Shown here: positions 56,952 through 64,000 of the stretch, piece by piece
How the letters are laid out: every line of letters starts with the position of its first letter
Numbering within the stretch: the first letter of the stretch is position 1
Origin: Nitrospirota bacterium
GTDB lineage: Bacteria; Nitrospirota; Nitrospiria; Nitrospirales; Nitrospiraceae
Assembly (NCBI GenBank): GCA_963775905.1
Contig: CAVZKI010000007.1
Span: forward strand, 80,491 to 144,490
Direction: 5' to 3'
DNA: 64,000 bases
Position numbers and translations under genes: made by a program
The notes under the pieces: model-generated
The model's database searches: none
Told to the model about the DNA's origin: nothing
The model's input: only the letters and a program-made list of their open reading frames with translations

Positions 56952-57848
56952 TTAGGATGCGATCTCCGTCCCGATACCTTTATGCGTGAACACTTCGAGA
57001 AGAATGGCATGCGGAATTCGACCGTCGATGATATGGGCTTTGCCGACACCGCCACCGAGCGCATCCAAGCAGGCATGTACCTTGGGCAACATCCCTTCGC
57101 TGATCGTGCCCTTCTTCACCATCCGTTGCACGTCTTTGCGTGAGACCGTCGAGAGATGGCGCCCATTCGCATCACGAATGCCTTTCACATCGGTCATCAC
57201 CAGCAGCTTTTCCGCACCCAGCGCGGCGGCCATCGCCCCGGCCACCAAATCGGCGTTGATATTGTATGTATTCCCTTCCCGGTTGGTGCCGATCGGTGCG
57301 ATGACGGGAATGTAATTATCCTGCTGAAGTTTCCGCACCAACGTAGGATCGATAGACTGGACCTCTCCAACCAAGCCAAAATCCTCGTCCCCCTCGCCGT
57401 CATCGAGATCCTTTTCCAGACTTGCCGCCCAGGCTTTGGCCGTGAGCGGTCGAGAGAGCATGAGCCCGCCGTCCTTTCCACTCAAGCCGACCGCAAGGCC
57501 GCCATGGCGATTCAAGAGATCGACGATTTCCATGTTGATCTTGCCGGCCAATACCATCTCCACGATTTCCATCGTGGCCTCATCTGTGACCCGCACCCCA
57601 TGACGAAACTTAGCTTCGATACCCACGCGCTGGAGCATCTTATCGATCTGGGGTCCCCCACCGTGCACAATGACCGGGTTGAGACCCACGTATTTCAGGA
57701 GCACGACATCCTGAGCGAACCGCTCTTTCAACGGCGTATCGGTCATCGCATGACCGCCATATTTGATGACAATAGTCTTGCCCTTGAACGTGCGAATGTA
57801 GGGCAAGGCTTCGATCAGAACGTTTGCTTTCTTAATTAGTCTGTTCAT
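56952..57848 (-). CDS. argB: Acetylglutamate kinase
   Basis: GKTIVIKYGGHAM, VHGGGPQI, NINAD. Confidence 0.93.
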   Translation of the reverse strand: MNRLIKKANVLIEALPYIRTFKGKTIVIKYGGHAMTDTPLKERFAQDVVLLKYVGLNPVIVHGGGPQIDKMLQRVGIEAKFRHGVRVTDEATMEIVEMVLAGKINMEIVDLLNRHGGLAVGLSGKDGGLMLSRPLTAKAWAASLEKDLDDGEGDEDFGLVGEVQSIDPTLVRKLQQDNYIPVIAPIGTNREGNTYNINADLVAGAMAAALGAEKLLVMTDVKGIRDANGRHLSTVSRKDVQRMVKKGTISEGMLPKVHACLDALGGGVGKAHIIDGRIPHAILLEVFTHKGIGTEIAS

Positions 57849-57926
57849 ATCCAGGCTCCCATGGCGAATAAAGCGCGAAAGGCGGGAAACACGGGACGGG
57901 CAAGTTCGCTTCTCGCACGCCTCTTA

Positions 57927-58116
57927 ACCCGCATTATTCATGATCACTTCTGCTGCAATCACCGATCCGCTGCTACGACGAGCCTTCGGCCGGCGGGCTC
58001 GCCCCTCGGACCCTCACCGTACTGCACGAGTACGCATCGGGTCCTCACGGCTCCGCGCGCCGGTCTCGCGACGCGGCTCAGCGATTTCGCGACGAACCGT
58101 CATGAACAATGCGGGT
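57927..58116. mobile_element. 190-bp MITE-like element with 17-bp terminal inverted repeats
   Basis: ACCCGCATTATTCATGA (57927-57943) versus TCATGAACAATGCGGGT (58100-58116), 16/17 complementary. Internal GTACTGCACGAGTAC hairpin. A partial second copy lies at 34577-34650. Confidence 0.7.
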
Positions 58117-58159
58117 AACTCTCGCCTGACACAGAGGAACGTCGGCAACCGTATAATAA

Positions 58160-59116
58160 TCATGGCTTCTCGTCCTTCACGACACAGACCCTGGTCGAGC
58201 GGCCGGCTCGCGGATGCGTCTTATCATAGACGGCCAGGAGCTGGTCCGTGGCCAGGTGCGTATACTTTTGCGTCGTGCTCAATGAGACATGCCCAAGCAT
58301 CTCTTGAATCGACCGCAGATCGGCTCCTTCATCGAGGAGATGGGTGGCAAAGGAGTGACGCAACGTATGGGGACTCACGGAGCCACCGGCAAGCCGGTTC
58401 GAATAGCGGGCCACGATGCGAGCGACGCTCCGAGTCGTCAAACGCCCCCCTCGGCTGTTTCGAAAGACCGGTGACGAGACGCGCTTCATCTTCGTCGTCA
58501 GATCTCGAGAGTCCACCAGGCGCCGCTGATCCAGATACGCCTGAATGGCCCGTAGGGCCACATCTCCGATCGGCACGATGCGCTCCTTCCGACCTTTTCC
58601 TCGCAGATGGACCAGCCCCTCGGACGCACGGAGATCATCGAGATTGATCCCCACGAGTTCACTCACGCGAGCCCCGGTCGAATAGAGCGTCTCCAGCAAG
58701 GCGCGGTCGCGGTGCGACCCTCCTGCCTGATCGGCAGGAAACTCCATCAGCGCTGCCGCGTCGTCCTTGGTCAAGACACGCGGAAGATGTTTCGGCTGTT
58801 TCGGCGTCCTGATGGCCTCGGCAGGATTGAGGCCCACCATGCCCTTTCGTTGCAGATAGCGATAGAAACTGCGGAGGGAGGCGAGCTTCCGGGCCATCGA
58901 GGTACTTTTCTCACGCTTGCGGTCCAACCAGTGAAGGTAGGCCCGAATGGACTCCGTCTTCACCGTAACAGGATCGAGCGTGGGCACGCCGGGGTGCTCC
59001 GCCCTCATGAAGGCCTGGAACTGTCGGAGATCCGAAACATAGTTGCGCACTGTTTCATGCGACGCATGACGTTCCAGATCAAGGAACGTCATGAAAGCTC
59101 GAATTGCGTCATCCAT
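58160..59116 (-). CDS. xerC: Tyrosine recombinase XerC
   Basis: LRHSFATHLLDEGADLRSIQEMLGHVSLSTTQKYTHL. Conserved trmFO-xerC neighbourhood. Confidence 0.9.
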   Translation of the reverse strand: MDDAIRAFMTFLDLERHASHETVRNYVSDLRQFQAFMRAEHPGVPTLDPVTVKTESIRAYLHWLDRKREKSTSMARKLASLRSFYRYLQRKGMVGLNPAEAIRTPKQPKHLPRVLTKDDAAALMEFPADQAGGSHRDRALLETLYSTGARVSELVGINLDDLRASEGLVHLRGKGRKERIVPIGDVALRAIQAYLDQRRLVDSRDLTTKMKRVSSPVFRNSRGGRLTTRSVARIVARYSNRLAGGSVSPHTLRHSFATHLLDEGADLRSIQEMLGHVSLSTTQKYTHLATDQLLAVYDKTHPRAGRSTRVCVVKDEKP

Positions 59117-60405
59117 GCCGTCAGGTCCTCAAGCGCCCGTTGTCCCGTGAGCCGTCGTTTGCGCTCCTTGTCTCTCGTCGGTGTGGCAAGGGGAGGGAAG
59201 AGCCCGAAATTCGTATTCATCGGCTGAAAGTGACGAGGGTCAGTGGTCGTAATGTACGACACAAGACAGCCATGCGCCGTGGTGGGCGGCGGCGTAACCA
59301 ACGGCAACCCTGCCAGACCACGGGCAGCATTGATTCCTGCCAACCCTCCCATCGCGGCGGAATCCGTATAGCCCTCGACGCCGACCAACTGTCCTGCAAA
59401 GAAGAGGGTGCCACGCGCCTTAAACTGAAGGGTATCGCGCAGCAGTTGGGGAGAATTGATAAAGGTGTTGCGATGCAGGCTGCCGTAGCGCAGAAACTCC
59501 GCCTGCTCAAGACCGGGAATCATACGAAACACCCGCTTCTGCTCCCCGTAGGTCAATTTAGTCTGGAATCCCACGAGGTTGTAACAGGAGCGATGGACGT
59601 TTTCCGTCCGGAGCTGTACCACAGCATAGGCTCGCGCACCAGTCTTCGGATTCTCAAGGCCCACCGGCTTCAACGGACCGAACTGCATGGTCTGGCGGCC
59701 CCGTTCGGCCATCACTTCGATGGGGATACAACCTTCGAAGTAGGACGTCTTTTCAAATTCTTTAGGTTGGACTTTCTCCGCCGCGAGCAACGCGTCATAG
59801 AAGGCGTTGTAGACCGGCTCGTCCATCGGACAGTTGAGGTAGTCATCCCCACCCTTGTCGTATCGGGACGCGAGAAATACGACCTCCATATTGATGGAAT
59901 CGGCATCCACGATCGGAGAAATTGCATCGTAAAAATACAAATGTTTCGTGTGGGTCAATTGCGCAATCGCCTGAGACAGTTTGTCGGATGTCAGCGGGCC
60001 GGTCGCCAGAATGCAGAGACAGTCCGTTGGAATCTCGGTGATCTCCTCATGCAGAATGCGAATGTTCGGATGCCCTTCCAGCGCCTGGGTAATCTTGAGT
60101 GAAAACTGCTCGCGATCGACGGCCAGGGCCGATCCTGCCGGTACCCGTACCTCATCCGCCACTTGAATAATGAGCGAGTTGAGACGGCGCATTTCCTCTT
60201 TCAAGATGCCTGGGGCATTCAGCAGATCCGCGGAGCCGAGCGAATTCGAACAGACCAGCTCTGCCAAACCACCGGTCTTGTGCGCTTGCGTCATCTCTTT
60301 TGGACGCATTTCATAGAGCGTCACTTTCGCTCCACGATTGGCCGCCTGCCACGCCGCTTCAGACCCGGCCAGACCACCCCCGATAATGACAATGTCGTCG
60401 CGCAT
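59089..60405 (-). CDS. trmFO: Methylenetetrahydrofolate--tRNA-(uracil-5-)-methyltransferase
   Basis: ATG 60405 (MRDDIVIIGGGLAGSEAAWQAA). Gid/TrmFO pattern throughout. Confidence 0.92.
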   Translation of the reverse strand: MRDDIVIIGGGLAGSEAAWQAANRGAKVTLYEMRPKEMTQAHKTGGLAELVCSNSLGSADLLNAPGILKEEMRRLNSLIIQVADEVRVPAGSALAVDREQFSLKITQALEGHPNIRILHEEITEIPTDCLCILATGPLTSDKLSQAIAQLTHTKHLYFYDAISPIVDADSINMEVVFLASRYDKGGDDYLNCPMDEPVYNAFYDALLAAEKVQPKEFEKTSYFEGCIPIEVMAERGRQTMQFGPLKPVGLENPKTGARAYAVVQLRTENVHRSCYNLVGFQTKLTYGEQKRVFRMIPGLEQAEFLRYGSLHRNTFINSPQLLRDTLQFKARGTLFFAGQLVGVEGYTDSAAMGGLAGINAARGLAGLPLVTPPPTTAHGCLVSYITTTDPRHFQPMNTNFGLFPPLATPTRDKERKRRLTGQRALEDLTAWMTQFELS

Positions 60406-60550
60406 GCGAGTGAAACTCCGCGAAGAAATAGTGAGAGAGGTGGCATTGTAGGAACCGCGTTTTGGGGATGTCAAGGCGACTTCGCTACGCATGACGCATG
60501 GCGTCACGGTTGATCCGATTTATGACCCCATGCTAGACTTCGCCTCGTGT

Positions 60551-60625
60551 AGGCGATTAGCTCAGGGGTAGAGCGCTTCCTTCACACGGAAGAGGCCACT
60601 GGTTCGATACCAGTATCGCCTACCA
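60551..60625 (+). tRNA. tRNA-Val (anticodon CAC), CCA encoded
   Basis: AGGCGAT TA GCTC AGGGGTA GAGC G CTTCC TTCACAC GGAAG AGGCC ACTGG TTCGATA CCAGT ATCGCCT A CCA. Confidence 0.92.
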
Positions 60626-60792
60626 TCTTCTCCACCTCCCCCTTTTCGATCCCTACCCCCTGGCCTAAACTGGCGGTTTTCATGCTATTGCCTGAACTGC
60701 TCCAATTCTGGACAGAATCCTGCCGGTCGGCTACACTTCAGTCTATCGAGAGACCGACGACCCTGAACCGTACAAGACAAGTGAGGTCATCT

Positions 60793-61134
60793 ATGCGGAC
60801 TACAGCTCTTGCCGTGGGAATTCTCCTCCTGGCCACCGCAGTCGGTTGTGCCGGAAACCACCAGCAGCAGGCATCAGCCGATGCAGATGGAGGCTATACT
60901 GCCCCAGCCAGCATTTACAGTGTGATGGACCCCACATCCTTGGTCTACACCGATGTGGCGGCCGGAGCAGCCCCTAACGATAACCCCTGGCGCTGGACCG
61001 GTTTTCTCTTGCACCCTGTCGGGGTCGCGTTAGATTACGGCCTGAACCGACCGATTTACATGCTCACCAGCCAGATGCCGTACCTTTTCGGGTACACGTC
61101 TGAGGATTCGATGCTGGATAGCCAACGGCGATAA
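60793..61134 (+). CDS. Small lipoprotein of unknown function
   Basis: ATG 60793, signal peptide MRTTALAVGILLLATAVGC. Confidence 0.6.
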   Translation: MRTTALAVGILLLATAVGCAGNHQQQASADADGGYTAPASIYSVMDPTSLVYTDVAAGAAPNDNPWRWTGFLLHPVGVALDYGLNRPIYMLTSQMPYLFGYTSEDSMLDSQRR

Positions 61135-61161
61135 TTCTTCGTGCACATCGTTCTCAGATTC

Positions 61162-61192
61162 AACGCCCGCTTTCCTCACGAGAGCGGGCGTT
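61162..61192 (+). terminator. Hairpin, possible terminator (no U tract)
   Basis: AACGCCCGCT / AGCGGGCGTT 10-bp stem with 11-nt loop, followed by GCCTTGTC. Confidence 0.35.
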
Positions 61193-61328
61193 GCCTTGTC
61201 ACCCCGTTGGCAAACCCTTTCACGTTTCGTGTATGCTCCCTTCGTGAGTCGGAATCCACGTGACACGCAAGCGCCTCGTGTTGTGCCCTTTCGACTGTGG
61301 GTGGTCTGCGGGCTAGGACTCGAGCCTC

Positions 61329-62420
61329 TTGCTGAACGCCTGCGGAACTCCGGCTCCAAAACCGATCCTCCCGCCGTCTGAAAGCGATCTGGTCCTCCTG
61401 AAGTCCACGACCCTCTGCACTTCGAAGTCCGACTTCCTCAAGACACATCCTGCCTCTACCCTCAAACCACAAGACTGGGGCACCGGACAAGAGTTGGTTC
61501 TCCCTGCCGACCGAAGCCCATCACATGGCGACGAATCCTACTTTTTCGATGAAGATGGTCTGCTGGTCGGAACCGTTTTTACCTTTCCCTCAGGGCTTGA
61601 CTTGAAGCCCTACTCAGTCCTCCGCCACACCTTAACGTTGCTGAAGCCAACATTGGAGTTCTATCTCAACGTGGCGAATCTGGCCTCAAAGACGAGCATG
61701 GATTCCAGCGCCCTGTACGAAACCGGCGACGAGAAAACGACGACACAGTACTTGGTCCTTGGCGCGCGCGAGCAGCCGGTGTTGCTCCAGGCTTCTGTGA
61801 CGATCGACCCCTATGTACGGCTGTTCTCACCCTATCGACGCGAGTTCTTGGAACGGTTGCGCAATCCAAGAGGACAGAAGCCCGGGCGACAGCTCGACAG
61901 TCAAGGCGCAGAGGACAAGGAACCCTTCCTCTCGCTCCAGCAATTCGCGCGCGGCCAAACCGCGCAGCTCTCCTACTGCGGGACCCAGAACTACGATACC
62001 GCAGCCACTGCCTACCAGAAAGCGATCGCAAGCGGCTTTACAAATAAAGTGTGGTTGGCAGAAGCTCACCACAAGCTGGGTCTGGCATGGGTAGGGAAAG
62101 GACAGTACGAACAGGCCAAGACGGAGATGCTTCAGTCGTTGGCCATCAGGCCCAACACTCCGGAAGTTCTGAACAACCTCGGCACGGTGTACCGCAAGCT
62201 GGGCGACAAAGCGAATGCGCTCGCCTCATTCGAAAAAGCCGTCACTCTCCGCCCCAACTATGCCATTGCCCGCTACAACTTGGCTGAGGCCTACGAGCCC
62301 ACGAATCCTAAACGGGCCCTCTCGGAGTACGAGACCTATCTCGCTCTGGTCGAAGGTATCCCCGATGAAGCCAGTCGCATCGCTCTCGTCCAACAACGCG
62401 TCAAGGCGTTGAAACACTAG
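61329..62420 (+). CDS. TPR-repeat protein, probable lipoprotein; N terminus uncertain
   Basis: Three or more C-terminal TPR units (…LGLAWVGKGQYEQA…, …LGTVYRKLGDKANA…, …YNLAEAYEP…). The TTG start gives MLNACG (lipobox-like) with no upstream hydrophobic region in frame. Confidence 0.7.
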   Translation: MLNACGTPAPKPILPPSESDLVLLKSTTLCTSKSDFLKTHPASTLKPQDWGTGQELVLPADRSPSHGDESYFFDEDGLLVGTVFTFPSGLDLKPYSVLRHTLTLLKPTLEFYLNVANLASKTSMDSSALYETGDEKTTTQYLVLGAREQPVLLQASVTIDPYVRLFSPYRREFLERLRNPRGQKPGRQLDSQGAEDKEPFLSLQQFARGQTAQLSYCGTQNYDTAATAYQKAIASGFTNKVWLAEAHHKLGLAWVGKGQYEQAKTEMLQSLAIRPNTPEVLNNLGTVYRKLGDKANALASFEKAVTLRPNYAIARYNLAEAYEPTNPKRALSEYETYLALVEGIPDEASRIALVQQRVKALKH

Positions 62421-62459
62421 CAGGAAGTTACACGAAAGCTCTTTGCCCTTCGGAGCATA

Positions 62460-62903
62460 CTACCGGCGGACTTTCTCTTCCTGTTCTTGGAGCGTCTTGC
62501 AGTTGATGCAGAGGGTGGTGACTGGGCGGGCTTTCAGTCGCGGATAGGGAATCTCTTCTTCGCAACGCTCACAGATGCCATAGGTGTTCTGGTCCATTCG
62601 CTCAAGCGCCTCGTCGATCTTCTTGATCAACCGTTGCTCGCGCTCACGGATACGCATCGAAAAATTCTGCTCGGCCTCCGCAGACGCCTGATCGCTGACA
62701 TCCGGGAACGCCTCCTGACCGTTTGGATTGGCAAGCCCCTCGACCACCTCATCCAACATGGCCTTGCGCTGCCGCTCAAGGTCACGACGAATAGCCGCAT
62801 ACTTTTTCCCCTGGGACGATGTCTTGGCTCTGCGCTTGGCCGTGACAGATCGCGCCGCTGATGGAGTGGGCGAAATGCGCTTGGCGGAAGGGCCTGCTTT
62901 CAT
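62460..62903 (-). CDS. dksA: DksA/TraR family C4 zinc-finger transcription factor
   Basis: CERCEEEIPYPRLKARPVTTLCINC. Start taken at ATG 62903. Confidence 0.85.
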   Translation of the reverse strand: MKAGPSAKRISPTPSAARSVTAKRRAKTSSQGKKYAAIRRDLERQRKAMLDEVVEGLANPNGQEAFPDVSDQASAEAEQNFSMRIREREQRLIKKIDEALERMDQNTYGICERCEEEIPYPRLKARPVTTLCINCKTLQEQEEKVRR

Positions 62904-63018
62904 ACAGAAACCTGTCTGGGGAGTAAAGCCGTCTAAAACGAGCGAAACTATAACAGGGGCCTGGGAGGGGGTCAATGGGCAGCGTGGGCCCGTTAATCTT
63001 GCGCCAGCTCGGCTTTCG

Positions 63019-63615
63019 CTAGAGATCCCGACGGCCTTCGATCGACTTGAGCAACGTCACTTCGTCGGCATACTCGATATCCATCCCGACCGGAATGCCA
63101 TAGGCGATACGCGAGACCCGGGCCCCGAGAGGTTTCAGTTGGTTCGTTAAATAGATGGCGGTTGCCTCGCCCTCGATCGTCGGACTCGTCGCGAGGATCA
63201 CTTCCTCAATTCCCCCGAGCTTCACCCGATCGACCAACTCCTCGGCCCTGATATCGGACGGTCCGACGCCGTCCAACGGAGACAAGGCACCGAGTAACAC
63301 ATGATACAAGCCGCGGTAGGCTCCCGCTCGCTCGATGGCATAGGTCGTGCTCGGTTCTTCCACCACTAGGATTCTCGTCTGGTCCCGTTTCGGATCGAGA
63401 CAAAATTCGCAGAGTTCTCCCTCGGCGATGTTCCGGCATTGTCGGCAAAATGAGAGCCCGTCTTTGACGGCACGAATCGCCTCGGCCAGACGAAGCGCAT
63501 CTTCGCGCTCGGCTTTCAAGACATGGAACGCCAATCGCTGCGCCGTTTTTTGGCCGATGCCTGGAAGACGGACTAACTCGCGCACCAACCGTGCGCAGTA
63601 ATCCTTGTTGATCAA
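63019..63615 (-). CDS. recR: Recombination protein RecR
   Basis: LPGIGQKTAQRLAFHVL, C4 zinc finger CRQCRNIAEGELCEFC, Toprim domain. Confidence 0.93.
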   Translation of the reverse strand: MINKDYCARLVRELVRLPGIGQKTAQRLAFHVLKAEREDALRLAEAIRAVKDGLSFCRQCRNIAEGELCEFCLDPKRDQTRILVVEEPSTTYAIERAGAYRGLYHVLLGALSPLDGVGPSDIRAEELVDRVKLGGIEEVILATSPTIEGEATAIYLTNQLKPLGARVSRIAYGIPVGMDIEYADEVTLLKSIEGRRDL

Positions 63616-63638
63616 CCGCCATGACAGTGATAGCCTCG

Positions 63639-63968
63639 CTAGACGTCAGTCCGAGGGAACGTTGCAGTCCCACCGGTGACCGATTTCATCTCATCCGCCA
63701 TCATCTCACGAGCCTTCCTGAGGGCATCGTTCGACGCGGCCATGACCAAATCTTGCACCATCTCCACGTCGCCACCTTTCACCACTTCGGGATCGATGAC
63801 GATGCCGACAAGCTGCATAGCCCCATTGGCGGTGACCGTCACACTGCCACCGCCGGCCGTCCCGGTCACGGTCTTCGACGCGGCCTGTTCCTGTACCTTC
63901 GCCATTTGCGCCTGCATCGCCTGCGCTTGCTTCAGAATATTTCCCATATTGCCGAACGGGTTCTTCAT
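63639..63968 (-). CDS. ybaB: Nucleoid-associated protein YbaB/EbfC
   Basis: GNMGNILKQAQAMQAQMAKVQEQ...VTGTAGGGSVTVTANG. Conserved ybaB-recR pair. Confidence 0.92.
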   Translation of the reverse strand: MKNPFGNMGNILKQAQAMQAQMAKVQEQAASKTVTGTAGGGSVTVTANGAMQLVGIVIDPEVVKGGDVEMVQDLVMAASNDALRKAREMMADEMKSVTGGTATFPRTDV

Positions 63969-64000
63969 TCCTCGACCTCCTTCTGTCTCAACACCGGTCT

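Noticed and set aside
58160-59116. Tyrosine recombinase as the integrase of a mobile island next to the MITE-like element
   Set aside because: It has the housekeeping XerC signature and the conserved trmFO-xerC arrangement. There are no att-like direct repeats and no phage or ICE genes nearby.

Overview
High-GC (roughly 58-60% by eye) bacterial chromosomal segment dominated by housekeeping and envelope genes. Recognisable genes: cusCBA-type metal efflux, zwf, a PPi-type phosphofructokinase, sodC, purEK, queE, pepA, nagZ, argB, xerC, trmFO, dksA, recR, ybaB, rbgA, maf, dus, tRNA-Leu(GAG) and tRNA-Val(CAC). Three things stand out. (1) Almost every intergenic region is filled by modular, nested palindromic repeats in at least five families. 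Their helices show compensatory substitutions between copies, and several copies supply the stop codons of flanking genes. (2) An orphan MNIO (DUF692) enzyme fused to a DUF2063-like partner domain is translationally coupled to dus and maf, with no visible precursor peptide. (3) There are two nucleotide-signalling clusters: FecR / CHASE2 class III cyclase convergent with a GAF-HD-GYP protein, and CBS-PilZ / LOG / DHH. The window also holds many gene fragments (FNT channel, acyl-CoA ligase, glgP::ftsH chimera, STAS-MlaE, BCAM0308-like) and at least eight genes with single-site frame breaks. These breaks are either real decay or assembly indels. No CRISPR array, prophage, transposase or known defence gene was recognised. 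All family assignments come from motif recognition by eye, not from database searches.
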